Positions 38,815 to 51,230 of a stretch of DNA of 64,000 nt are shown here, in pieces (the first letter of the stretch is position 1; each line of letters starts with the position of its first letter). A program made the translations under genes and the position numbers. The notes below the pieces were generated by a model. That model saw only the letters and a list, made by a program, of their open reading frames with translations. It searched no databases and had not been told where the DNA came from. The stretch comes from Felis catus (taxonomy: Eukaryota). The DNA lies in NCBI RefSeq assembly GCF_018350175.1, contig NC_058368.1, positions 181,786,001-181,850,000 of the forward strand, given 5' to 3'.

Positions 38815-39194
38815 ATGTCCAAAAATATCCAATTTCACAATGAATAAATATAGGAGTTTAATACATTCACATATATGTATGACTGAAGGCAATCAATAAC
38901 TTGTAAAAAATTTTGCAAAAGGATAGAGATATTTTCATTAGAATCATCATTAGTTTTGCTAAACTTAGTTCCAAGGGATGTTGAGAAAGTTCAGATTCAC
39001 ATTTAGCGCCCTGGGAGCCAAATCTCAGGTCAGCTTTATAGGTTGTTGGGCTGGGCTAGATCATTTAGCTCTGTTTTCCTTTCTATTAAGCAGAAATAAA
39101 CCATCAGTCCAGGCTACCTCACAGCGTTCTGAAAAGAATTTGCAGCCTTTTCTGAAACACTGCCCCTACTTGTTGCTTTAAAAAGGCAGTCTGG

Positions 39195-39280
39195 CACTGG
39201 ATGTTGTCTGGAAACCAATTTGACAATAAATTTCCTATATTAAAAAATAAATAAACAAAAAAAATAAAAAAACAAAAACA
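39195..39280 (+). mobile_element. Ultra-short 5'-truncated felid L1 (about 47 bp plus A tail)
   Basis: Same terminus as 1525-1572 (ggaaaccaatttgacaataaa); TSD taaaaaggcagtctgg 39179-39194 / taaagaggcagtctgg 39281-39296. Confidence 0.93.
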
Positions 39281-39286
39281 TAAAGA

Positions 39287-39510
39287 GGCAGTCTGGTAAA
39301 ATGGGAAAAGCGGTTTTGGTATGAGACTAATCTGGATGGGAATCCAGACTCTAGTGCTCACCATTTGTAAGACCTAGAAGAATTAACGAACATTTCTGAC
39401 CCTCTGTTTCTTCGTCTGGAAAGTGAGAACACCAGAGCACCTTTCACCAAAGTGGTGTGAGGATTACATGAGCTAATGATCTGCCACAAGGTAGGCATTC
39501 ATCAAAAAAG
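39287..39510 (+). mobile_element. MIR
   Basis: ctgaccctctgtttcttcgtctggaaagtgag...gtgtgaggattacatgagctaatg. Confidence 0.75.
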
Positions 39511-39849
39511 ATTTCCCTTAGTATCATTATAACCATCACCATTCATACTCTGTTGCTAAAGGTGACATACTGATAACAGGTTTTTTAATGGTTGTGTAAT
39601 TATAGTTCTTATTTCTGCTTATGTAGCATTCAAACCTGGTCCTCTAATTCTCAAAGAAAAAAAATCTGTGAGTGCCCCAACTTCTTTTGAGTAAATTTCC
39701 TTTTTTTTTTTTGTTGCTTAAAATAACCACTTTCTCTTGTTCCAACTAAAAACCTAGATCTACACAAAGAGTAAGAAACACAAGGCCTCTGATGTCAAAC
39801 TAGTTTCCTTCCTAGCTCCCTTCTGTTGCACACATCCATTCATTTGTAC

Positions 39850-41175
39850 ATACAAAATTTAAAATTATCAACTATGAACTAATATCTACCAGTCCCTCAC
39901 TAACCCCATGGAGATTTCATCCAGTACCATGACTTAGGATTCAATCTTTACAGTGATAACACCATATCCTATCTCAAGCCCTGAACCTTCCTACAGTTCC
40001 AGATGACCTGAATATATCCAATCACCAGACTCATATCTCAGGTAAGGTGTTTAATAGGCATCTCAAATTTAGCATGTCTAACACCCAGCTCCAAACCTTC
40101 CCCCCAGAACATGCTACCTTGCAAGAGACTACCTATTTATTGATTTTCTACATCAGAATGACAGAACCTGAGGAAGTAACAGAGGTTTCCTTATTTCTAA
40201 ACAAGAGTGGTTGAGAATGGGGGGAAACAATTAGTAATTTTTTAAAAAACAAGCAAAGAGTGAAAATTATGAGAATCCAGAGAAATTCTGTGATAGTAGG
40301 GGAAAATAGTATCCCAATTAGGATTTCAGCTAAGCAGAAATGCATAATAAGGTACCATTAGAGGTACCATCTTTCCAGTTGCTCAGGCAAAAACCTCTGA
40401 GATCACCCTTGACTTTGTTTTTTTCACTCACATTCCATATCTATGGTGTCAGACTTACCTTCAAGGTATATATCCATAATCACCCCACTACGCACCACCT
40501 TACTGCCACACCCCCCCCCCGTCAGTTTAAGCCAGATGTGATTATGTTTCCCTGAATTATTTTAATACTTTCTAAACATCCCCCTGCTTCCATTCTTGAC
40601 CTTTGTTGGTCTGTTCTCAACACAGCAATCTGTGATCATCCTAGGAAGAGGTAAATCAGGTCACACCAAGCCTATTACTCAAATGTCTCACTCTTAGTAA
40701 ACTGCCTACAAGAACCTGGAAGGTTTACCCTCCTCTACCTGTCTGACCTGGTATCATGCTATTCTCCTTCTCATCCCTTCCTCTCAGCCATATTGGACTC
40801 CTTGCTGCATGCAGACATATTAGGCTCATTTCTGCTCCACACCAAGGAACTGGCTATTTTCTCTGCCTGGAACACTCTTCCCTTTGATCCTTTTGATCCT
40901 TTGTCTCCTTAGGTCTTGGTTCAAATATTCTTTTCTTTGGAAAGACTTCCCTGACCACTCCTTCTCTAGTCCACTGCCCTGCTTTATTATTTTTCATCAT
41001 GCCTTTCTCCATTTCACATTCTATATATTTTACATAATTTTTATGCTCATCCTTGTCTCCCTACACTGGAATGTCAGCTCTTTAAGGACAGAGAGTATGG
41101 TTTGTTTTTATTAATTATCTCTATAGTGCATGGCATATATTTGGCATATAATATTTGTTGAAGAAAGTTAATGAA
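39850..41175 (+). mobile_element. L2 interrupted by repeat copy B
   Basis: taataggcatctcaaatttagcatgtc [insert] ccatctttccagttgctcaggcaaaaacc; ends atatttgttgaagaaagttaatgaatg. Confidence 0.85.
40139..40362. repeat. Dispersed direct repeat, copy B (inserted in L2)
   Basis: Aligns to 38585-38814; ggtaccat repeated at right junction (40351-40358 / 40363-40370). Confidence 0.92.
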
Positions 41176-43859
41176 TGTATTAAATTCTCAGGTCTAATAA
41201 TGAATAAGATAAACAAAATCTCAGTTCCCCATGGGGCTTAAATTTCAGGGCTGGGAAAGAGGAAGAGTAAGCCAGGATACCTGTCTTCAATTCCGATGGG
41301 AAAGAAAGGCTTCCTAGAAGAAAATGCACTGGAAAGCCACTGAACCTCTCTGAATTTTAGTTTCCTTATCTGGAAACTGCAGATAACCAATCTACCCCTA
41401 AGGAGGAAAACTAATGAGATCAGGGATATAACAGACATGCCAGAGAAACTGACACCTCAAAGACACACAAAATGTCTTCAGCTCCATTGTCACCCTCCCT
41501 AAAATGCTCTGATTTTGTATCTTCATTTTGTTCTATTCTTGCAGTTTTCTACCCCTCAATCTTTATGTTAAATATTGAAGGCAGTAAGCAGTAGAATTCT
41601 ATTGGCTACTGCATGTCCAAATCAACAATCACGTTTTGTAGAATCTGTTGAAGAATCATTGCTTGTATATTTGCCTTAATCAACTGATTACTGAAAAGTA
41701 ACCAGAATCAATGCAAAATGGTCAAGGAGTTAAGAATTTGACTATCTCAAAAGATATTATTAAAATGATGTTAGCAGGACTCTGTCATTGCTCTAAATCC
41801 CTGGTTGTGGTGGGCTCTAAAAAGTCGCTTCTGAGGAACTCTTAGTAGAGGCCAGTGGCTATCTAGCTTTTGGAGTTATTATTAGCTTTGCACTCAGATG
41901 ATATCAAAGTCCAGGAAGTCCAGCTGAGGGGTGATTACTGACGATACTGGGACAATTAACTTGGATATTTCTTTCCTCTTCCCTACATACATTCTCATAA
42001 AAAGATTAGAGAAAAGCTATCAATGCTGCCTGATGCAATGAGCATTTGCACACCCACAGGCAACATTTAGCAAATAGGACACACAGAGAGACTCATATTT
42101 AGCAAACAGAAGACACACACACACAGACACACAACTAAGATCTGTCATCTATTATCTATCACCTATCATAATTGGATAATTGTACATAGTTACATAAATA
42201 TATAAATGTGTGATAATGTTTTGGTCAAGTAAGTTATTTTACGCTAGCTTATGTAAGTACAAATGCAAATTAAAGTGCTCTCTATATATTATTTATATAG
42301 TATATATTGATTGTTTAGGACAAAAACATATACATAACTTTAGTTATTCTATAAACATGTACTTATAAATTTGCATTCGAAAAGGCATTACTAAATGCAA
42401 GATCACACTATTTCCCATGGAAAATTTTCTAAGAAAAAATTAATAAAAGCATGAGTTAGGATTTCCTCCAAATGCTTCCTTGCTAGCCTTCTTCTTCTCC
42501 TTCAACACTGATCCTTACCCTTAAGGAGGCAACATGAGACTGTTTCTGTTCCTTGAAAAGCATTAAATTAATTTCACTTTGACTTGAAAAAGAGTTATTG
42601 AGTGCTCTTATGAATGTCCAACAAATTGAGATAATAAGAAAAAAATAGGAAATAATCTGTCTTTAAGGAGATCAATGAACGAAGACTACATAGACTAAAA
42701 TTCACATCAGGTAAGATTAAAAACCATAAGAAATATACATGATTATGCAGAATAAGAAGTGAAAATGCAGGCAAAACTTACTGAGGCATATTCTAAAACA
42801 CTAATGCAATTTAATTAAGGAACATTTTCATTCACTTATATTCATGTATCCGTTTAAATGCCCTGTGGACTAAAGCATTACATTAAGACCCCAAGTTTAA
42901 TTTTTGGAAGTTCTAGATAGTATAGAGTTACAATGTTAGAATCAAATATAGGATGCTTGAAATTGATGAAAAAATAAAAATAGAACCCTAGACCCTCCTT
43001 GAGCTAAAACAGATGATATTTGCTCAAAGTTCCCCAAAGGGAAAACTCAGGCTTTCTCTTCACATGTTTGACATGTGACAAAAACACTGAATGAAATTGT
43101 ACAAAATAATTATCACTCAAGGCCTCCTTTACTTCTAGAAGTACATCCAGCTTTGTTTTCATTTTTAGATCAGTGAGGCTAATTTCTGAGAATTTTCCTT
43201 TTTTCACAATAGCCAAATTGATATTTAAGGGTCATAGTCTTTTGCAAAAAATATTAATGTAGAAAAGAAAATCCATTAAGGTAAGGAAACGAACAAAACA
43301 GAATCTTATGCTTGGGGACAAGAATAATTTATTTGTGGATGTGGGACAATGAGTTATTTGGTCTTTCTTCACAAATGAGATAACTGTCATATCCCATCAT
43401 ATCCCACTACCATGAATTATATATAACAACATTTGGTGAAATATGAAATTCTAAAAATATACTGAAAGGCTGGAGTCATCTTAATGGTTTATTATGATAG
43501 GTGTTCCTGGTTTTGAAATATCTTCTTTCATAGAAGACAAATGGGGGCGACATTATTTTAGAAAGTCCACATCTTTTAAAAAGATGGATTAAAAGCTCTT
43601 TGAGACAGCTGTGCTGTTTTATTAGAAGAACAACATTTTGTTCCTAAATAATCCTTGAGGGCAATTGCATGAAATAATCAAGGGATGCTTTGGGTCCCAT
43701 TCAAAATTAAAGCTCAAGGAATATTGCATAGGAGAAGACGGCAGGATAATCACTTTGGCCGTGAATGTAAACATGCGAATAAGGACAATAAAGGAAATCA
43801 GACTTAAATCAAAATAGTGATGATATACTTTCACATCCACAAGACCCATCCTTTCTGTA

Positions 43860-44340
43860 GCACTGCTTCATTGTGGGTAACACCTAGGCTTTGAAATCAG
43901 AGAAAAGTATATTTGAGCACCTTCTCTGTTCTGTAATGTCATATGACCTTGATCAAGTTGATCAAACTCATGTAATATCTGTATCTTCCTCTGTGAAACC
44001 AGGACAGTATTTTGTACTTATCTTGGTTATGAAGATTAAATGAGATAATACAGGTAATGGGTTTATCACAGTGTGCCTTGGACAGGTGAACAAACCTGCT
44101 ATTGTGGAAACCATACAGCTTAGGTAAGTTCATGAGCTCTGATATTAGATACACAAGTCTACTCTCTCATTTCCTGTAGTAATTGTGAGAGATTGATTCC
44201 ATCTCTCAAAATGACAGTTGACTCATCTAAAAAACAGAGGTGATATAAGTACCCACCTGTAAAATTGTGAAGGTTAATCACAAAATGTAAAGTGCTTAGT
44301 ACAGGGCCTGGCACATAATTATAAGAAGAGCTTACAGTGA
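43860..44340 (+). mobile_element. Two tandem MIR relics
   Basis: atgaccttgatcaagtt...gaagattaaatgagataat; aaaatgtaaagtgcttagtacagggcctggcacataa. Confidence 0.7.
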
Positions 44341-45050
44341 CAGGCTTAAATGTGACCTTAAATAACAATAGTTAATATACACATGATAGAATACTCACAA
44401 CTTCTAAGGTTTTATTATTTTTTTTTTACTATTTTAAAGGTCTTTTGGTTTTGTTCATTGTCTATTTTCATATCTGTGAAGTGCCTCAGGGGAAAAATCC
44501 TAAATATATAACAGATACACAAGGGCAGTGTGGAACATGGGCACTGCAGCTGTCATCATGTCACTCATAATCACTTTTCTCTGCTCAAATGTGCACACCT
44601 GGGGAAGGTTGAAAACTCAGTCTCCTGTATTATCCCCCATTACAGTTGGGTAGGGAACATCTGGTCAATTAATTTTCAGTAGTCTAGGAGGCTGGATCAC
44701 CAATTATAGCATTCAAGGGTTCCTGTTTTTATTACCTTCCTAACATCAGCACACACTGGACTTGGGGAGCTGCTTGCTATGAGAGCTTGTATTGCTAGCT
44801 AACATTCTAGAGAAGGATACAAACAGGGAACTACAAATCACACAAGGCAGAATTGTAATTGGATATGATGCTCACTCCAGATTTTTCTTACAAATACAGA
44901 GTGCCTGTACATAAGCCAAGTTAGCCAAGCTATGAATCTAATTACTTTGCCAAAAATAGTAATGCATTTCCATTTGAACTAACCATGAGGTCAGGCAACA
45001 GTCTTAAAAACATTTTCACCCATTCTGTTTCTTAATAAAGAAAAAAAGTA

Positions 45051-45529
45051 CCTATCTTCCTCAACTTATGATGGGGTTACATCCTCATAAACCCATCATA
45101 AGTTGAAAATATCCTAAGTCAAAAATGCATTTAAAACTCCTAGCCTACTAAAGATCATAGCTTGGCCTCAACTACCTTAAACGTGCTCAGAACATGTATA
45201 CTGGCCTACACATGGGCAAAATCACCTAACACATAGCCTATTTAATAATAAAGTACTGACTATCTTATGTAATTTATTACATACTGTATTGAAAGCACTA
45301 AACACAATGTTTGTATGCGTACAGAATGGTTGTAAATGTGTTAGTTGTTTACCTCCGTGTCTGAGTTGCTGACCAGGAGTTGCAGCTTGGTGCCATGATA
45401 AAATGTCATATACATATTGCCAACCAAGACAAAGACCAAAATTCAAAATTCAAAGCATGGTTTCTACTAAATATGTATCACCTTCATTCCAGGTAAAGTC
45501 AAGAAAATTGTTAGTTGGGGACCAGTCTG
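45051..45529. mobile_element. TcMar-Tigger non-autonomous element (MER47/Tigger5-like)
   Basis: cctcaacttatgatggggttacatcctcataaacccatcataagttgaaaat; TA dinucleotides flank both ends (45049-45050, 45530-45531). Confidence 0.88.
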
Positions 45530-46259
45530 TATCGTCTTTAGGATAAATATCAAGAGTCCCCAATATTTATGCTGAAAAGAGTGGTTCATTCATAAATAAT
45601 GAGCTATCTCTTCCTATTATAAACAGATAAATAGTTTCAATTGTAATAACGCTCACTAAAAATCTCAGTTTGGCCTATTATTAAGGGAGAAATGTAGGGG
45701 TAGGAGATGTGTATGTAGCTGGTTTATCTTCTAGGACTCTGTGTTCTTGGTAATTATCATTTGTCCAATAAATACAAGTCTCTGACAGTTCTATGGTGAA
45801 CTCAGCAAGGTCCAGGCCATTATTTAGGGTTTTTATTTAAAGAATAAATATCAAATTATCTGGAAAGGCATCTCAAAGGATGAAAATTCAGCCTTTTTTA
45901 AAAAATAGTTTCTGGCTGCAGGAAATCAAAGAGGAATTTTCTTCCTCTGGAAGGCAGACTTCCACTCTGGCTATTGGAGAACATGCACTTTAACAATGTC
46001 TGATGTGGCACAAAGTTTCAACATGCCTGTTCAACACCTATAATCATCCTGAAGTAGGCAGGGAATACTGGTACTGGAATACTGGGTAAAATTTTGGTAA
46101 TTACCATTTAGTAACAATATATGTCTACATATGTATGTATAGATTACATGTTATGTGTGTATTTACACACATACATAGAGTTTTAGAGTAGGTCAAAGAT
46201 TGAATTGGCATCTAGAATTTTTTACTTGATGAAGTATTTCTCTCTGACTACAGATAATG

Positions 46260-46545
46260 CTGGTGGAACTGAAGTTATCTCACCTCCCCTGTCAGTGGGT
46301 GGGCATATGAAATCAACCCTCAATGATCAGATCCTCTTTCCTTGAAGAGACCTTCCAATAGTTTCTGCTACCTAAATTTCAGAGCTTCTCTAGTTTCTGT
46401 CCTTTTGTGAGGCTTTATTGCTGAGCCATCCATTTGATTCTGTGAGAAAGCCAATATGCTTTCAATTTATTCTTTTGTTTTTCTCCTTAGGTTAGTCAGT
46501 ACTGGTCTCTGTTGCACGCAACCAGTGGTTTTTGATTTGTGATGT
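46260..46545 (+). mobile_element. MaLR/ERVL LTR fragment (MLT1-like)
   Basis: 3'-end-like ttagtcagtactggtctctgttgcacgcaacc. Confidence 0.4.
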
Positions 46546-46799
46546 ATGCGCCTTCCCATGCTTCCTGCAACTTCCTATTTTAGAAAATTGGACACAGGAT
46601 ATGTATCTGCTCTTGCCCACACAAAAAGCAAGACCTCTTTGAATTTAATCTTTAAAACATCCTCACATTCAATTACATTAATAAAATACTCCTTTAAGAG
46701 CAATGAAAGAGATTTAATTATGTATTTTGTTTTATTTTTTATTTTCCTGCAGACTAAAAACTTAAAAATAACTTCATTGATTTTGAAACATTAATCTTC

Positions 46800-47150
46800 T
46801 CTCAGCAGATGGACAGAGCCCGACTAAATGCAAATAGGTTAGTTTCTGTATTTGGACATCAGTAGCAATATTTTTCCAAGTTTTAAATCATCCGCATAGC
46901 ATGTTAAATTATAGTGCCTCTCTTTCTTCTCTGACAGATTCCAACCTTTTGATTCTCTGCCTTCTTTCTTTGCTACAGTAAATTGATCCTTTAAAACATC
47001 CAGGTGCAAATGAATTAATGGTCTTCTATTGTGAGCCAGAGTGATTGGAGTCCCTCCTCCCTCCTTTTCTGCATTGAGGTCCTTTCCCCTTCTGAGAAAC
47101 CCACATATCAATTAAACTCACCTGCTAATTAAAAGCTTGTTTGGAAAAAT
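46800..47150. promoter_or_regulatory. Candidate developmental enhancer
   Basis: Octamer ATGCAAAT 46828-46835, three E-boxes, SOX-like and homeodomain sites; motif evidence only. Confidence 0.35.
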
Positions 47151-47271
47151 CCTTGCTAGTTAGAAGCAAAAGAAAGTGTAAAGGTGTCTAAAAATAGAGG
47201 CTTTGAATGTCAATTACTTCCTTCCTCCTCGGTTCCTGGTTCCTTGGGTTGAATTGAACGCTGATAAAGAG
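47122..47271 (-). other. Candidate non-coding exon (150 nt)
   Basis: Long polypyrimidine acceptor ending cctag; donor CAG|GTGAGT; stops in all three frames. Confidence 0.35.
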
Positions 47272-49011
47272 CTAGGAAAGGGGAAAAAAAAAGAAAAAAA
47301 AATAGTAAGTATCTTTTTCACCTATATTTTCCTGGGAGTATATCATTGGCTTAGTAACTTCAGCTCTTTGTCAGCAACATCAAGATACACAGTTTTTATT
47401 CATGAGACGGAAACACCATTTCTCACTCCTTATACAGCCACACTGATTTCCTGTATAAAGGCAGTAGAAACCCCAGTTCTTACACAGTGACTGTCAACAA
47501 TCCAGCCGGAGCTTTTGTGAGCTGAAATATCAGAGGAATGAAAGTGAATGTAGAAATGATGCCCTGTTCTCTTTCTTAATGACACATGCCTGCTCTTAGA
47601 TCCTCAACCACTATTCACTCCTGCTTGCTTTTCCTGAGAAATGGGTCCTAAGGGCAGATTTATACCAATACTAGATTGTCTTTTCTTTCTTTTCTACCTC
47701 AGACTTAAAAGCTATGTTGCTCTAAAGTAACATGCTAAGAATCAAACTATACAAAATACAATTATAAAAATAGAACTCAGGAGACCGGGCAAATCACATG
47801 TATGAACAAAGCCCCCACCCCACCTCCTTTTTTTTTTAATGTACCAGACCATGAGAACAAATTAAATTATGATCTGCCTTAGAAAATGACAGCTAATTTA
47901 TCAATTTATTCATTCACTTGACAGATTTTTGTTAAAAGTCCACTATTTGGTAGTCATAGAGTTAGGAGGTGGAGTTAGAAATGTAATTAAGATCTAGTCC
48001 CAGCCCATGGGGAGTTTATAGTCTAGAAAAATAAACTGGGAGTAAACAGAAATTACAATAATATGTGATAAAACTGGCAATAGGAGAAACCTAGGCAGCT
48101 AACCCAATATGGAAGGTCAAACAAAGGCTTTTAGAAATGGTCAAAGTTAAGCTAAATCCCATAGGTTGAAAATAAATTACATAGGAAGGAGAATGAGAAG
48201 AGAGATAGACATTCCAATGTTGTTGAATGGGCAACATAAAATTGAATACAACACTTTTGAGGAACTGTCCACAGTTCATAGAAAGTGAAGGGAAAGCCCA
48301 GAGAAAAATCAAAATGTGGTGGTATTTTAAACTGGCTTCTGTAATAATCAGAAACTTTTTTTTAATAATAGGACTTTTTTTTTTAAATAATAGGATGTAG
48401 AGCTGGAAATAGGAAAGGACAAATTTCCTCCATGTTACTTCCTTTATGATGTGTGAAAACAAACTAGAACATGTTTAGGTGGCTATGAAACACATGTTTA
48501 CAAAAAACATTGGGGATTAACTGACTTCACATAATTTACGTGCAAAATAGGTATAACCCATACAGATTTACATTCACAGGTCTAAGGTAGACTGCATGAT
48601 ACTAAATGAGGATAACATAGTGACTGATACAGCAAAGGCCTATAAAAACATAAAGCCTTCTTGGAAAAAAAAATGATTTCCCAATATGGTTATGTTCAAA
48701 AATAGGATATGGTTTAAAAAAAAAAAAGATACATTCACACAATGGAAAACTGTGTATCAGTGAGATTAAAGCCAACATGATAATCTTTAATTCAGTTTCG
48801 TTAAGGATATTGAGTACCTACTATGTGTCAAGCATTTTTAATATGTTCAAGATCAATCATAATTGATGAATAATGCAGTCAAGTCCTGAAGCTTTATGAC
48901 TAACAAGGAATATAGATTATTAAAAAGAACCATCAATACGTACTCAGTGTTACAAGTACTCAGGGTTCCTTCTGCTCTCTCATCCAAAATATAAGGCAAT
49001 AAGATGTTCTC

Positions 49012-49210
49012 TTTTAAAAAAAAATATTTATTTTGAGAGAGAGAGAGAGCTCAAGCAGGTCAGGGAGACAGGGAGAGAGAGAATCCCAAGCAGACTCCCT
49101 GCTGTCACCACAGAGCCCTATGCGGGGTTCCATCTCACAAATCTTAATATCATGACCTGAGCCAAAATCAAGAGTTGGATGCTTAACTGACTGAGCCACC
49201 CAGGCGCCCC
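49012..49210 (-). mobile_element. CanSINE
   Basis: Degenerate TSD aaggcaataagatgttct / aaggcaagaaactgttct. Confidence 0.96.
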
Positions 49211-49479
49211 AAGGCAAGAAACTGTTCTGATTCAGAGCTATTTCCCTGATACCTAAAATAGTGCCTGCCACTGTGATTAAGTAAAATGTATAAACTGTAG
49301 CTCACTGAGTGGTCTCTGAATATGAGGGCTTAAGCTCTGGTTTCAATATAGCACTATGGCTAGAGACCTCTTAATCTTTTTCCATATATTATTTTTGTTG
49401 GAGGCAGACAGAAATGGAACTCCTAGCTATAAAATCCAAACTTCTTTGATAAATCATATAGCCCCAAATTAATCCTCCA

Positions 49480-49985
49480 AACTGTAAATCACCCTCCAAT
49501 GATTTCTTATTGCAATAAAAGAAAATCTCAATTCTGACCAAGACCTATTTCATCTCAACATTCATCTGACATTTTCCATTCTATAGGCATACTGGCTTAC
49601 TTTCTGTTCCTTAAACACACCACATGTGTTTTCATTTTATGGCTCCCCCCACCTTTTTCTCTGAGTAGAATGCTTTTGCCCCAGAACATTTTCATGGCTC
49701 ACTCTTATAAAGTTCTCAGAATGAATGTCACATCTTCAATGAGGTCTTCTCCGACAACCCTTTTAAAATAGCCACATTCACCCATCAGTATCATTTTATC
49801 ATGTCATCCTGCTTTATTGTCTTCATGGCAGTTCTTATTATTTGAAAATTTTTATATTATGTGCATTTCATCCCACCCTCTACAACAAGACTGTTAGCTC
49901 CATAAAGAAAGAAAATTATATTATTTATCATTAAATGAGTGCCTTGTATACAGCAAGTATTCAGTAAATATTTGTTTATTACATA
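49480..49985 (+). mobile_element. L2 3' portion
   Basis: ctttctgttccttaaacacacc; aatgtcacatcttcaatgaggtcttc; attcagtaaatatttgtt. Confidence 0.8.
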
Positions 49986-50191
49986 TGTGCATAAATTATC
50001 CAATGATAAGCAGTTTAGGAAACTGTAAACATTGTTACCTCTAACAAAAATCCAGGGCACAAGCTCTGTTACAACTTAACCAACTTTTAGTACTGTAGAC
50101 CTAATTATAAGCCTACAATTCAGATCCATTCTTAAAAGTTACTTAAAACTGTAGAAACTTTTTGTCCCCACCCCCCAAAGAAAATGCTTAC

Positions 50192-50436
50192 CTTTTTCAT
50201 TTTTTTTATTTTTTAAATGTGTATTGATTTTTGAGACAGAGAGAGAGAGAGAGAGAGAGAGAAAGAAAGAGAGAATAGGGGAGAGGCAGAGAGAGAGGGA
50301 GACACAGAATTTGAAGCAGGCTCCAGGCTCCAAGCTGTCAGCATGGAGCTAGTCACGGGGCTCAAACTCATGAACCATGAGATCATGACATGAGCTGAGG
50401 TTGGGTGCTTGACCAAATGAGCCACCCAGGCATCCC
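50192..50436 (-). mobile_element. CanSINE
   Basis: TSD aaaatgcttac 50181-50191 / 50438-50448. Confidence 0.96.
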
Positions 50437-50979
50437 AAAAATGCTTACTTTTAAGATGAATTTTATTCTGAAAAAAAATGTTTTGGTGTGACAAGAAACC
50501 CAATGGGCATAAAGCTATGGAGGGTAAAAACTTCCACTGTAATCCCCCTCAAAACTTTAAACTTCAAATATCTTTTCCTAATTGAACATAAAATACCTTT
50601 ACTCATACTGGCTATTAAGAAAAATACAGCATGAAGAATGTCATCCTGCAGGATCCTTGAATTACTCTCTTGTTTTTTATAAAGACAAAAGCCTAGTTTG
50701 CCCCAGTGACTAGATCATTGTAGGAAAAACATTGCACAGAACACAACAAAATATGCGATTATTTTTGCTACATTAGCATTATGACCTGGGGCAAACAGTA
50801 TCTGAAGTGGACAAAAAGAAAGACATCTAAGCCACTTCTCCAAAGTTTAATATCATATATTATTATGAGCAATACATTATGAGTGGCCATAATCTTTGTA
50901 AATGTAATTCACTTGAGCAGATTTTAGTTAGTTCTTCACTTCATTTCCATGGAAAAGGTGAAATTTAAATTAGGGAGAT

Positions 50980-51230
50980 AGTATAGGGTAGTAGTTAAAA
51001 ATATGGGTACTGGAGGCAGAAACCCCTGGATTCACAAGTATATATGATCCTACTATATGTAAAATCTTGGGCCACTTTACTACATATTTGTGAATTATAG
51101 TTTCCTCATCTGTACAAGACAGATAGTTCTTACTTTCCTGGAGTAGTGAGGTCAAATGGGATAATGCATGTGTTTAACATAGTGTCTGACTCATAGTGAA
51201 AACTCAATAAATGTTAGTTATTATCATTAG
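50980..51230 (+). mobile_element. MIR, near full length
   Basis: agtttcctcatctgtacaag...catagtgtctgactcatagtgaaaactcaataaatgttag. Confidence 0.85.

Noticed and set aside
48091..48462. 123-aa minus-strand ORF
   Set aside because: Non-ATG start, AT-rich low-complexity composition, no splice or domain support
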